From NCBI RefSeq assembly GCF_036365525.1, contig NC_090404.1, forward strand, positions 3,162,001-3,226,000: a stretch of DNA of 64,000 nucleotides, read 5' to 3'. Source of the DNA: Heterodontus francisci (lineage: Eukaryota). The position numbers and the translations under genes were made by a program. Under the pieces are notes generated by a model. It ran no database searches and was not told where the DNA came from. It saw nothing but the letters and a program-made list of their open reading frames with translations. How positions within the stretch are numbered: the stretch's first letter is position 1; each line of letters starts with the position of its first letter. Below are positions 24,861-37,730 of this stretch, one piece after another.

Positions 24861-26126
24861 CAATATGCTTCTCCTCTATGTAACATGAGGCAAAGTATCC
24901 CCAACTCTTCACTAAAGCCTTATTTTCTTCATCTCTCACTGCTCATACCCGATGCTAACTAACTTCACACCACTAAGAGATTCTTTCCTGATTATTACCT
25001 TTTTTTTTGTTGCTATTTTTCCTGCACATTCTCTCTTAATCTTTCTGTTATTATACTTTTTAAAGTTTTACTCTATATCATTCCAGTATCTTTATATCTT
25101 TTTTTTTTTTTGCCATGACCTGCTCTCTAAGCAGCCAATTTTGTTTTGCTGCAAATTTAACCATTTATTTAATGAATGCCATTGCTAAAACACTCATTAT
25201 TTTCTATACTGGAATATAATTAATTGGTTGTCTTTCATGCTATTAATTGAATATTCTCATTGTCGATTTTCAGCTGTATTTGTCATTCGATTGTATTTAA
25301 TCTGTGTGACGGTCCTGTTGATTTCACTATATTTTTTTCCCCACATTTGCCTTTGAGTTTTCCTCTCTGTTTGCTCTCTTTCTCTTTCTTTAACAAAATG
25401 GAATGCTATTGTAGTGACTTCCCCTCCCATATCCCCTGTTTATCTACTTTTGGGGCTGCACTACACTAAACAGGTCAGTTAATGCTTGTTCCCACGTTGC
25501 AAATAACACCATTGAATGAGTAAATATTACTGAGCATCTTACAAATCCCACTCATCCACATTCCCACCACTGACATGTCTCCATCAAATTCCATTCCTGA
25601 ATCATAGAATCATAGAATCTTACAGCATGGAAGGAGGCTGTTCAGCCCCTCCTGCCTGTGCTGGCTCTTTGAAAGTGCAGTGTTGCTTAGTTCCGCACCC
25701 CCAGTTCTTGTCAATAACCCCATAAGTTTCTCGTCCTCAAGAACCAGTCTAAACCCCTTCTAAAACCACTTATACAAGTAGCTTTCACCACTTTTCAGGT
25801 AAAGTCTTCCCGATCCCAGAAACTCTCTAAGTAGATCCTCATCTCCCCCTTTAGGTCTTTTGCCAATGTTTTTAAATCCGTGACTTCTGGTTATTGACTG
25901 ACTCATCAGTGGAAAATTAAAAAATATATTTTCATGTCTATATTGTTTAGGCATTTCTGACATGATTCAATCATTTTAACACTCTTACATTGTAATTATA
26001 TAGTTACATTTACAGTTTACATTTAAACTAAATCCTCCAATCTACAAATCAAAGTAAGTACACAAGAAATCGAGATATGAACAGATTTCTCTCTCTCTAC
26101 CTTAATGCACGTATCATTTTGTTATA

Positions 26127-26524
26127 ATTCTTTTCATGGGATGTTAGTATCACAGATAAGGCCAGCATTTGTTGCCCATCCCTTATTGTCCTTGACAACT
26201 GAATGGCTCGCTAGGCCATTTAAGAGGGCAGTTAATGAGTCAACCACATTGCTGTGTGTTTGAATTCACTTGTAGGCCAGACCAGGTATGGACAGTAGAT
26301 TTCCTTCCCTAAAGGGCATTAGTGAACCAGATGGGTTTTTACGACAATCAATGATAATTTCATGGCAGCATTGCTGAGACTAGCTTTCAATTCCAGATTC
26401 TTATTAATTAATTGAATTAAAATTGCAGGAGCTGCTGTGGGATTTGAACCAGTGTCGCCAGGGAATTAGTCTGTGCTTCAGGAGTACCAGTCCAGTGACA
26501 TTACCACTACACCACCATCTGCCC
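26127..26524 (-). mobile_element. HE1-like tRNA-derived SINE, near full length
   Basis: tRNA-like head with GGTTCAAATCC B-box on minus; 3' tail matches the HER1-like LINE tail at 8872-8940. Confidence 0.8.
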
Positions 26525-27048
26525 ATCAGCATACCTGCAGCATATACATCTCCTTGCAAATCCTCATTTTCAACTGTTATGTCCTTGTAAAACTATGGCA
26601 GACCGTTATTGCAAATGTTACTCCATCCAGAGTCACTTCTGACTTATAAATACAAATGATGCCCCTGTTTGGCAATACAATTTCTATTTGTTTCCATCTT
26701 TATTCAAGCAAATATTCCTTCAAGGTTACTATTTACCCATCAACTGGTCTCCATGAAGAAACTATTGTAAGCTTGCTAGCTTATTCTTTCAAATAGAGTT
26801 GAATCTATTACAGGCATGTCATTTACAGTAAAGTTGGTGTTGTGCACCTTAACGTTTTAATGCAGCTGCTCTGTTACTACTGGACACTAACGCAGGAAGT
26901 GTATAATAAATTCTACATACTCCTTTTGGAGAATGCTTGTGTTTTGAAAGAGAAGGGCTCCTTGAGATATTTTTATGTGCTCAATATTCAGCTGAATTGT
27001 TAATCTTATTTTTGCATTTTTAAAGTTTTTTATTATTCTAATTGTCAT

Positions 27049-27205
27049 TTGGTAGTACAGAACTTGAGAATTTCTGAAAATAGAGACATGTTGTCGAAGT
27101 TTTTGGCCTTGCACTCATCAGGACAATCCGCGAGAATAACCAATGTAAGGGAAAACAACAACTCTTACCACTTCAACAACAGGTCTCTATTTTCAGCAAT
27201 TCTCA
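27049..27205. mobile_element. Short Penelope-like insert with 36-bp inverted ends and 15-bp flanking direct repeat
   Basis: IR 27065-27100 / 27170-27205; TATTCTAATTGTCAT at 27034-27048 and 27206-27220; mutated hammerhead core inside. Confidence 0.65.
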
Positions 27206-28202
27206 TATTCTAATTGTCATATTTGATGCATTTCATTTTCTTACTGAAGGTTCAAAATAACTGCACAGCAATATTCACCTTCACTGTGCCCTTAAGCTAC
27301 ATAATAACACAGCACTCAATGTGTGTTATTGGATGATTACCATGAATATAACAGTTCGCTTAGTGACACAAAATCGATTCATGTTTATTTCACTGTTAAC
27401 TACAATAATGTCACTAATTGTCTGCCCTGTTAGCATGTTTCTATTTCCAAACTCTGGCTGATAGGCATCTGATGTTCATTTCAATAAAGCCCAGTGCCAG
27501 CTGCTTGAAAACATCTGTCCTATGTGAATAAGTGTCCAATGAATTGATACTTTGTCAAATACATGGATTTGCTTCCAGAACAATGACATTGGATGACAAG
27601 TTACTAACTTGTCTCATGTGTCTGCCAAAGACTCAATAGAATTTTACAGTGTAAAGGGTAGGCATTTGGCATCAATACTGTCTCCCTGCAATAATTGTCC
27701 GTACAGTATCAACCTCTTCCCACTTCCCCAATACCAGTTTTCATTTTTAATCCATTATCCCCTTCCCTTTGGAAATACCCCTTATGGAGGTTGCTTACAG
27801 AACCACTTGCACATATATACGTCAATGACACACTAGTGCGCAAAACATAACAGTATGGAAAAATATTGGAAGATTCAACTTAATCCTGGCTTCAACTAGA
27901 ATGTTTGTTAATTGCCAAATTTGCAAAGCTCTTGTCTTCCCAGTACATAAACCCACAAACTACCCAGCATGGGATTTGCCATTAATTTCCATGAGCTATT
28001 TTTTTCCTATTTTTAATAATAGGATATTAAATCTGTGAATTGCATTTTTGTTGGACTTGATTTCCCCACACACAGTCTATTATTTTACGTTTATATTTCT
28101 ACAATATTTCTATTTGTCTATGCAGTTTTGCCCATTGTTTGCTAGTTAAGTCATGCAGGAGTAATATATCAGTTGTTTCAATGGAGAGAAAGGTTAACTT
28201 AC

Positions 28203-28259
28203 TCGGTGTTATGGTCACTCTGGTTCCTGGTCCAAATGTTTGTTTGTAGTTATTATTCA
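28203..28259 (-). other. TRAJ: J-alpha segment (most C-proximal): NNNYKQTFGPGTRVTITP
   Basis: RSS on +: CACAGCA 28260, 12 bp, ACAAAAACT 28279; GTAAGT donor. Confidence 0.93.
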
Positions 28260-29410
28260 CACAGCATAATATAGCCACACAAAAACTATGTGGCATGCCC
28301 AATTGTGAGTTACATTTTACAGGATGCATTGGTGAATGCTATTAAATATTATAATGTTGATGCTTCTGCTTTCAGAAGTACGACTGGCAAAATACATGAT
28401 CAGCTGCTAAATATTTTAAATGGTAACATTATTTGGCATTTTACAATACTTATCTGTGCTTATCTCTATCTACCTTTCAGTTAAAATTTGGGGGATATCC
28501 TATTTTATTAGCAAAGATCCATCAAAGATGCAAAAATTAATTCTGAGAAGGCGAATGATTTTAGTGAGCTGCCTAATGAGAATTTTATCACATATTTTGC
28601 ATTTAATGATAGACCAGGGGTCTGCAACCTTTTTTTTTACTTGAAGCGGCTTTTTAAAAATATTGCCCAAAATAAAAACTTTTGGGAGCCACAAGACAAA
28701 ATTTCAGCATTTCTAAACTAAATGCTTGATAAATTACTAAGTTTTTCTGGTAGGATGCCTAATTGGCAAATATAATGAGAAAAATGTATGTTTTAAATTT
28801 ATGTATCAATAGAAACAAATCAATTACAAATGGATGTAATTGAATTATTGCATTCTTTGATTTTTTTTTACTATAATTTTGTCAAGATTGTCATCTTTAA
28901 AACAAACTTGAACTTAAGATGTGTAGATTGAAGGCAATTTTTTCTCATGATAAAAAGGTAGCTTCTAATAGCACATGCAGAATAATTTATTGCCTTGGCT
29001 ATACTATGGTCGCATCCTTAAAACCTGTTCCTGAACCAAAGGCATTCTCTATAACCATCAGGTGTAGCCCGAACAGGTTTATTTAAAGCACAACAATGTT
29101 TTTCCATTAAAATAATCATTTGAAACGCAAAGTGCAGCATAATTATCCCTACAATAAAGCACTGCTCTTACCTTTCTTGACAATTTTTAAAGGATTTTTT
29201 TCATGTTAATGCAATCCAACTGGATTAGATTGGGAGCCGCAAAGAAGATGTTAAAGAGTGACATGTCCCAGGTTGCAGACCCCTGCCATTGATGATGGAA
29301 ATTATAAACCATGGCATTTTCATGTTTGTTTTAAGATCACATTTACAATTAATCAAATGTTTTATTTTTACTGAAAGATGGAAAACATGATAAAAAGCTT
29401 CAGCACTTAC

Positions 29411-29473
29411 TGGGTTCTACAATTAGCTTGGTCCCGCTTCCAAATGTTATCTTATTGTTGCCTCCATATTTCA
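29411..29473 (-). other. TRAJ: J-alpha segment: KYGGNNKITFGSGTKLIVEP
   Basis: CACAGTG 29474, 12 bp, ACAAAAAGT; GTAAGT donor. Confidence 0.95.
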
Positions 29474-29757
29474 CACAGTGCCTTATTCTCGTACAAAAAG
29501 TACCTATTGACCAATGCACAATGTCTGCCTCCTCTTCTGTGCAAACTAGTTCCCACAATGACCCCTTCAATGCAAGATTCTGTCTTCAGTCTATCCTGCT
29601 TTAACCAAGTTTTTGTCACACAACCAACCATCTAAATCCTTAGTTATAAACCCAAAGGCCATGATGATGAGTTATTGAAACATCTTGAATTCTTATTGAA
29701 CGTTCTCTTTACAGGAAGTGTGCCAGATTAAAAAAAATACTATCGAAAGAAAATTGT

Positions 29758-29885
29758 GCATTGCTGAAAATAGAGTCATGTTGTCGAAGCTTTTCATCTT
29801 GCACTCATCAGGACAATCCACAAGAATACCAATGTAAGGGAAAGTAACAACGTTACACTGTATGGGAAGAGAGTGCTGATTGGAA
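29758..29885 (-). mobile_element. Penelope-like terminal fragment
   Basis: Same family as 27065-27165; carries the hammerhead motif. Confidence 0.6.
29781..29816 (-). ncRNA. Minimal type I hammerhead ribozyme motif (PLE-type)
   Basis: Minus strand: UUGUC-CUGAUGA-GUGCAAGAU-GAAA-AGCU-UC-GACAA. Helix I 5 bp, intact core, palindromic helix III loop. Activity untested. Confidence 0.65.
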
Positions 29886-30501
29886 TTAATTTTTATAGCT
29901 TTCTGTTTAATTTTAGTCCACCTCACATTTTCTTCTGTGCTTCACCCGGTATTTATGATCCCTGTATTTTTCTACTCTCTCCCTTGCTGGCTGTCTTTTG
30001 TTGTATTTTCTCCTCCTCTCTCTCAGTTGCAGTGTAATCATAGACTGTACCATTTAATGCAACTCATTAACCAAGCAGTAAATATTGAAGTAAGCAATTA
30101 TTTATAAGTGTTGCTTATTCTATTGATGCTTGCAACATTGCTATAGAGTAGTGTGTAAAATTGCATCCAGCTGTTTTTTTAATGCAGTCATTAAATATTT
30201 GCATGTCACCAAATTTTGAAAATCTTTCTTATCTAATCTAACCTATTCTATCATCCAAGATTACTTCCATGTGTTATCTATCTCAACACTGGCCCTTTGA
30301 AAAATAATACAGTCCTAAATTTATCCTCTCCCTATAAGCTTTGCATTTATTACTGCACAGTTTATACACGGTAAAGTATATCCGCCTTGGGCTCTAACTA
30401 GACAATGCACTAAATTTGTTCAAATACATTTGAATGTTTCTAATTGATTACACAGTGGCAGGTTGGGTTAAAAGTTTCATTATGTTTTGTAAGATACTTA
30501 C

Positions 30502-30564
30502 ATGGTTGTACAGTTAATCTAGTCCCTGCTCCAAAGTTTAGTTTACTGTTCATTCCTTGATTCA
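30502..30564 (-). other. TRAJ: J-alpha segment: NQGMNSKLNFGAGTRLTVQP
   Basis: CACAGTA 30565, 12 bp, ACAATAAGC; GTAAGT donor. Confidence 0.93.
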
Positions 30565-31399
30565 CACAGTAATACACTCTCCCACAATAAGCCCCATGTT
30601 CATTTTGTGACCCTTTCATTGACCTATAATTCATCCCCATTGACATAATTTTCTTTCATTAGTTCTATCGAGTACTTCATATTAATTGGTGCTAACTGTT
30701 CTGTCACAATAAAAAGGCAATGCATTTTATTTCCATCCATGTACTTTGATTAATCTCACTGCACTAATTCTGATCAGACTAAATACACTTGTCACATTGT
30801 AAATTATTTAAGTTAGCTTTTACTGCTATGTGCTACCTTAACTAAATTTTAGATGGCGCTTTCTTCTCATCGTCCACAGAGTATCACATTTCCTACCATA
30901 AGTGTATTGATCAGTCTGAGAAACGTTAACCGGCATAATGTTAACTTGGTTTAAGTGGAAGGGTTTTGAATTGAATGGGTCAAAATCTTACCCAATATTG
31001 TCTCTGACCCACCTTTCTCATTTATTTTATAATTTTCCCCAGCGCGGTCCCACTGCATTATCCCAAATCGTAGAAATTTATTGTATGTACAAGTTAATCT
31101 AACCTCATTTTGTTTCTTGCCCTGTTGAGTTCCTGGTTGCCTCGGTGGGATTTTGCAGTCTATCTCCACTGGATTATACCTAATAGCTACTGAAACAAAT
31201 GTGTGAACAGTTCATGTACAAAGCTTGTATTTTTAGTGTGCCCAATGCCAATCTTAGTTAGCAGGAATCAATTTAATATTGGAGAGTTTATACCGTGACA
31301 TCTAATATTGATTAAACAGTTACTCTCAGGCATTGCTTTGCAAGTACTTATATTATCAGACACTTTGTGATCGTCCTCCCTTACACGCATAAATATCAT

Positions 31400-32005
31400 A
31401 TAATTCTACAACAATGAAGGATATTATTTAGCCTACCATGCTTGTACTGGGCCTTTGAAAGAACCAGCAATAAATTCCATTCCTCTGCTCTCTCACCACC
31501 TGAAAATTTCTCCTTTACAATAATATAACCAATTCCCTTTAGAAAGTTACAATTGAATCTGCTTGAACTATCCTTTCAAGCAGTGGATTCCAGATCACAC
31601 CAGCTCACTGAGTGTATATATATAAAAAATTACCCCTCTCCTTTTTTGACAATTATCTTAAATCTGTGTCCTCTGGTTACTCTGTCCTACTGGAAACAGT
31701 TTCTCCTTATTTACTCTATCAAAACTGTTCATGACTTTGAACCCTCTACCAAATTTTCTCTTTCTCTTCTCTGCTGGAAGGAGGACGATTCCAGCTTCTC
31801 CAGTCTCCATTAAGTTTTGAAGTTCCCCATCCTTGGTACCATTCTAGTAGATCTGCTCTGCACACTTTCTAAACTGTGATGCCCAGAGTTGGGCACAATA
31901 CCCTAGCTGAGGCCTAACTACTGATTTATAAAGGTTTAGTATAACTTCATTGCTTTTCTACTCTTTGCTTCTACTTGTATCACCAAGGATCCTGTTTGCT
32001 TTTTC
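31400..32005 (-). mobile_element. Old CR1 LINE relic
   Basis: Similar to 12100-12495 and 24020-24280. Confidence 0.6.
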
Positions 32006-32092
32006 AACGGAATATGGAAGCTATTAAACCCAATGTTTGAAACTAATTGTAACCTCTAACAGTGCTTTCCTGTTAGTGTATTAGATAAGGTA

Positions 32093-32172
32093 ACATAGAA
32101 CATAGAACATTACAGCGCAGTACAGGCCCTTCGGCCCTCGATGTTGCGCCGACCTGTGAAACCATCTGACCT
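32093..32172 (-). mobile_element. Very short young CR1 3' end
   Basis: (ACATAGA)n tail followed by CAGGCCCTTCGGCCC. Confidence 0.6.
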
Positions 32173-32399
32173 AAACATGAAATCTTCGATTCCACAGTAT
32201 AGCCTTGAGCATCATTTGAGCCTTACTCTCGACTGTTCTTGGTCTATTTTGTCAATGATCTACTTTGTCCAGTGTCTATCTTTATTAAGTACCACTTTAT
32301 ATGCTATTGTAACAATTGGTAATATTTGAAATAGGTCTGACATATGTGCAGTTGTTAATCAGGTTTTCCAGTGAAACTTAAGTTTATTAAATTACATAC

Positions 32400-32462
32400 T
32401 TGGCTGCACAGTTAGTTTGGTTCCCCTTCCAAAGGTCAGCACCTCAGTTCCTCTATTAGTCA
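32400..32462 (-). other. TRAJ: J-alpha segment: TNRGTEVLTFGRGTKLTVQP
   Basis: CACACTG 32463, 12 bp, ACAAAATCT; GTATGT donor. Confidence 0.9.
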
Positions 32463-33089
32463 CACACTGCTACAACCCCTGACAAAATCTGTTCCTATGA
32501 TACTGGGTTAAGTTTCATTCTAGTTCTACCTCACAGAACTATAATGAGAGACGACTGCCAGTCACAAAGGCCCATTTCCCTAATGAATGCAGGTTATTCA
32601 TAGCAATATCAATAATTTTAAGTTAAGGACAATTTGAATTCACTTCAGACTTTCGCTCCATCTCATTAGTACATTTTAAATATCTCTGTGCTGTACATTT
32701 GAGGAATCCACAACTTAGTGAATGACTCCTAGTCTTAGCAAGCAACTTTGAATGAACTTCTCCTCCATATTGACCCTAATGAGTCCAAGTGAAGTTTTCA
32801 TCATTCTCAATTAACTTTCAAAAATGCTGCTTGCTATGTTTAAAATCTGGCCAATGTATCATCCATTTTAATTTATTTTCCACTTTATTTCATGTTTAGT
32901 GATCTTTTTTATACTTCAAGTCTCACAGCAGTACAGGTAATGTCTATGATTTAAAATTTCAATGGCGAGTCAATGGAGGTGATTGGAAAAATAAGGTATT
33001 TGCAATTTCCAATGGATTGCTTTCAAGGGTCTGTTCATCACTTCTTCAAAACACAAGTGTGCTGCAAGGCAGAATTATTTACCAATGTT

Positions 33090-33855
33090 ATAACAACAAC
33101 TTGCTACTGTCTAGCACCTTTGATGTAGTAAACCATCACAAGACATTTCATGAAAAAATTTGGAACCGAGCCATGTTACGAGATATTAGGACAGGTACCC
33201 CTAAAGCTTCATCACAGCTGTAGCTTCTCAGGAAAGGGAGTTCGAAAGGCAGTGAGATTTAGGAAGGAAATTCCAGAGCTTAGGGCCTGAACCTGAAAGC
33301 AGGGCCTCCAAGGGAAGAGTGTAGGAAATGAGAGGAGAACAGAGATCTTGGAGGGAAATAGGGCTGGAAGAGGATTCAGATATGGAAGGGTGAATTCATG
33401 GAGGGATTTCGAAACAAGGACAAAACAATAACTGTCTATTCTGATCAAAAAGCTTTGGGGCAGTGAGGCGCACATTTGCCTCTGAGATTCTGTGTACAAG
33501 TTCTATTCCGCAGACTTGTGTACAACATTTAGGCTGATACCTTAGTGTAACATGCAGGAGTATTGGTTTGGATGTGGCAGTAAATGCTATTAGGTGGATG
33601 TAAAAGATTCCAAGGCACTATGCAAAGTTATCCCCAGTATCCTGGCCAATATTAATCCCTCAATGAACATAATTAAAAAAAAAAGATAGGCTGGTTGTTG
33701 CAATATGGGTATTTGTGGGAGCTTGTTGTGCAAAAAGTGGCTGCTGCCTTTCCTACACTGTAACATTGAATACACTTCAAAGACCTTCATTGGTGCTAAA
33801 CTGCCATGGGATGGCCTGAGGCTGCGAGAAAGCGCTATATAAATGCAAGTCTTTT
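33090..33855. mobile_element. Degenerate L2 3' fragment (minus, ~33090-33425) followed by an L2-tailed SINE (plus, ~33460-33855)
   Basis: ORF 33212-33499 reads FVLVSKSLH..LPYL; SINE ends GCGCTATATAAATGCAAGT. Confidence 0.5.
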
Positions 33856-34171
33856 CAGATTTATCAAAATCTGGAGTATACTTTTAAATCAGATTTCATT
33901 AATAGCTGTAACATAATTACCTTTGAAAATTGACAATCTGAGAATCACTTGATGAGAGTTTCAAATTATTTGTAGAACTCAGTTGTCATGAACTTCATGC
34001 TAGTTCAATCGACTATCGCACACCTTAAATTGCATCATTTTGACCAAAATCTTATCATAATAATTGGAGAAAAAAATTGCAATTGTCTTTTTCTTGGAAA
34101 CAGCTTTCACCTTTGGAATAGTTTCTGTTTGGTAAAAGTTTATTGGAAAATGAAAATAGTTCTGCACTTAC

Positions 34172-34228
34172 TGGGTTCTACAGTGAGAGGAGTCCCTCTT
34201 CCAAATACCAGTTTAATCCTATCACCTA
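34172..34228 (-). other. TRAJ: J-alpha segment: GDRIKLVFGRGTPLTVEP
   Basis: CACAATG 34229, 12 bp, ACAAAAACT; GTAAGT donor. Confidence 0.92.
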
Positions 34229-34369
34229 CACAATGAAAGCCCCAATAACAAAAACTCATCGTACTATCAGGTTTTTTCAATATGATCTGTTGTGCACTTT
34301 TTTATTGACCTTACGCCAAAGAGCCAACAATATTTTGAATGAAGTTTTGGAATCTTGATTTTTGCCTTT

Positions 34370-34738
34370 ATAACATATCAAATTCTTAAGGGGCTTGGCA
34401 GGGTGGATGATAAGAGGCTGTTTCCCCTTGGCAGGAGAGTCTGGAACACAGGAACACAGTCTCAGAATAATAGGTTGGCCATATTGGACTGAGATGAGGA
34501 GAAATTTCTTCTCTCAGAGGGTTGTGAATCTTTGGAATTCTCTATCCCAGAGAGCTGTGGATGCTCCGCCTTTGAGTATATTCAAGTCAATTGATTTTTG
34601 GCAATAAGGGAACCAGGGAATATGGGGATTGTGCAAGAAGGTTGAGTTAAGGATGCAGACTAGCCATGATACTAATTAATGGTGAAGCAGGGTGTAAGGG
34701 GCTGAATGGCCTACTTCTGCTCCTGTTTCTTATATTCT
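34370..34738 (+). mobile_element. CR1 LINE 3' fragment
   Basis: ORF 34395-34607 (EMRRNFFSQRVVNLWNSL). Confidence 0.85.
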
Positions 34739-35301
34739 TAACATATATAATGGGTATACAAGCAATATATTCAAAAGTTTTTTTTACGTAGAATTGAATA
34801 GCATTTCCAGCACAGAAACAGGCCATTTTCAACCCAACTAGTCTATGCTGGCATTAATTCTCCTCACGAGCCTCCATCCACCCTATTTCATCTAACCCTC
34901 TCTGCATATACTTCTATTACTTTCAGCTTCACATACATATCTCGATTTCCTTCAAATGCATCTCAACTACACCATGTGGCACCACGTTCCTCATTCTAAC
35001 TACTCTCCGGGTAAAGAGGTTTCTCCTGAATTCTTTGTTGGATTCATTAGTGACTATCTTACATAATTGGGCCCTAGTTTTAGACTCATTCACAAATGGA
35101 AAAACCCTTCTGTAATTTCAACCATAAGTTATCAATCAGCCTTCTCTTTTGTTCCAGAGAAAAATGGTCCAGACAGTTCGGTCTTTCCTGATAGATTTAA
35201 TTACTGTTAATTGTAATTAGTTGGTGATACTTAATAATGAAACAACATTCTGACTATCATGCACGGAATTTAAAAACTACACGGAATTAGAATTCGCTTA
35301 C

Positions 35302-35358
35302 TAGGTTGCACCATTAGTTTGGTCCCAGATCCAAATATTAGCTGATTGATACGACTCA
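35302..35358 (-). other. TRAJ: J-alpha family A: SRINQLIFGSGTKLMVQP
   Basis: CACAGCA 35359, 12 bp, GCAGATACC; GTAAGC donor. Confidence 0.88.
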
Positions 35359-35678
35359 CACAGCATTACATGTTACTGCAGATACCTGATGCCAAGTGTA
35401 TAAGCTATTGATGAGATGAACTGCATGCTACATTTGTGGATTATCAATATTACAAGTTCAACTATTAACAAGTGTCATGTTTCCCATGTCATTCAAATCA
35501 ATTTAGGTTCATCCTCACACAATAACACTACAATTACACAATGTAAAATTATAGTTTAGTTTTGTCTATTTCTACGTGGTATCCATTGACAATCTGTACA
35601 TTATCTTGACCAGAATTCATAATTTTCTTGTAAACTAATTGACGTGGTCATTTTGAGGAATTATAATTGAGTTCTTAC

Positions 35679-35741
35679 CAGGATTAACAATGAGTTTGGT
35701 GCCTCCTCCAAATACCATTTTATCATATCCTCCAGAAGCCA
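35679..35741 (-). other. TRAJ: J-alpha family B: ASGGYDKMVFGGGTKLIVNP
   Basis: CACAGTA 35742, 12 bp, ACAAGAACT; GTAAGA donor. Confidence 0.92.
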
Positions 35742-35949
35742 CACAGTAACTGATCCCTTCACAAGAACTCAGGAGAGTGCTGGTTCCCGATGTACCATTA
35801 CTATCATCACTGATTTATTCTCATTGTCATTTCAATGACTTGAAATAACTCAGCAATCTAATTGTTATCTTCACTAGATTATTCATTAAAATTCTTTAAT
35901 TTCTTTTAGTCAGATTCGTGACATTATTCTTTCATAGGACTACACTTAC

Positions 35950-36009
35950 TGGGTACCACGATTAGTCTGGTCCCACCTCCAAAAATAAACTTGTAGCTCC
36001 CATCCCTCA
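35950..36009 (-). other. TRAJ: J-alpha family C: RDGSYKFIFGGGTRLIVVP
   Basis: CACAGCC 36010, 12 bp, ACAACAACC; GT donor. Confidence 0.9.
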
Positions 36010-36679
36010 CACAGCCCGACACTGCCTAACAACAACCTTCTGGATTAGTTATTTGTCTGTTTTACTGCTGCAATTGAAAGTAATAGCCACACATTTTGTC
36101 TGTTTACATATATGTTTTTATCCACCTATCTATCTCTCACTCTACATCTATCAATCCATCTGTGTACAAATAGGAGTAATGACTTAATGCTTCATGTATT
36201 ACATAGACAGGCATACATACATAAATATGTAGTAGCAACAGTGCATAATCAACCAAATCCACCCCCTGGTAATTATATTTGTTTAATGTTCATGAAATAA
36301 TTTTAACATTAAAATAATGTTCTAGCATTAGGAAAAAAATACACCACAGAAACAGGCTGTTCTGTCCAACTGGTCTATTCCAGCATTTTTGCTCCACAGG
36401 AACTTCTTCCCAGGCTCTTTATTTAATCCTACCAGGATATTCTTCAATTCCTTTCCCCCTGCTGTACTTATCCAGCTTCCCCTTAAATCCATACATGTTC
36501 CTAACCGCAACTATCCATGCCGTATCAAGTTCCACACTCCAAAATGAAGCAGCATAAATGTCAGAAAATTCAGGATTAATTGAACATATGGAGAAATTAT
36601 TTGATTCATTGTTGGCCGTACAGAGAACATACACGTGTGTCAATCGACAGATAGTCTATAGTTATTAATGAATACCTAC

Positions 36680-36742
36680 TTGGCTCCACAATTAACTTTG
36701 TTCCTTTTCCAAAGATAAGCTCATTGCCAATTCCAAAATTCA
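36680..36742 (-). other. TRAJ: J-alpha family D: NFGIGNELIFGKGTKLIVEP
   Basis: CACAGCA 36743, 12 bp, GCAAAAGCT; GTAGGT donor. Confidence 0.9.
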
Positions 36743-36951
36743 CACAGCATTGCATCCTTTAGCAAAAGCTCCCTTCATATTAACTGCAGTAATTGTTTGC
36801 TCATTCCGGCACCTATATTTGAACCCTTGACATCTTCCGATGCCATAATAGTGACACAAACCATTTTTAGAACAACATTGTCATTTATTAGGCAATCCTT
36901 GAGTTTTCTGTTCTAACATAGAAAACAGATATCCTTAAACATCACACTTGC

Positions 36952-37008
36952 TGGGTATAACCTGGAGTCTGGTCCCTGATCCAAAGATCAGCTTCACAGC
37001 AAGGTTCA
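36952..37008 (-). pseudogene. TRAJ: J-alpha family F, defective: NLAVKLIFGSGTRLQVIP
   Basis: Open frame, but heptamer AACAGCC (CAC lost) and GC donor. Confidence 0.8.
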
Positions 37009-37730
37009 AACAGCCTGATAGGCTGACACGAAACCAGCCAGCCATTCCCAGACATTACTTCACCTGTTGTTTCTTAAAGAACCATCCATATTTTCAGTTA
37101 TGTTTTGGAATGTTTACCTGAGCCTTTAGATTTATGACTCAGAAACTGTTAATATTTCCAATACCAATTAGACTTTAAACAGAATTGCATCAAATTTGTA
37201 GCCCAGAAACAGGTCATTCAGCCCAATTCATCTATGTCTGTACTCATGTCACACATGAGCCTCATCTCATCCTACATCATCTCACTCTTTCTGCATATCC
37301 ATCTGTTCCTTTCTCCACCGTGCATTTATCCTGCTTCACCTTAAATGCAGTTATGTTGTTCACATCAACTATTTCCTGTGGTAGCACGTTCCACATTCTC
37401 ACCACTCTCTGGGCAAGGAAGTTTCTCCTGAATTCCACATTGGATTTATTACTGATTATCTTATATTGACGACTCTTAGTTTAAATTTCCCAACAAGTGG
37501 AAAAAAATTGCTTTGTCTCCCCTATCAAACCCCTTCTTAATGTTAAAGACCTCTAATAGCTGATCCCTCTGCTGTGTGTTTTCTAGAGAAATGGTTCCTA
37601 GCCTGCTTAGTATTTCTTGATAGTTATTATTTAACGTTAATTATAAATAACTAACAATACTTATTAACAAAACAATATTTCGGCTTACATCATCATAATA
37701 AAAAAAAATAAAGAATTAGACTTCACTTAC

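Noticed and set aside
27240-27315. Donor-like CTTAC with nearby CACAGCA/CACTGTG
   Set aside because: No FGXG and no nonamer at 12 or 23 bp.
28990-29060. Minus-strand FGSGT (NAFGSGTGF) as an extra J
   Set aside because: No heptamer or nonamer, no GT donor at the right distance, and a stop follows; at most an old relic.
30440-30646. ORFs reading YYCV...FGXG (also 56455, 58805, 61605) resembling germline-joined VJ genes
   Set aside because: YC/CC-V is spelled by the heptamer (TACTGTG/TGCTGTG) plus the TG that starts almost every J; the RSS is intact and no V framework lies upstream.
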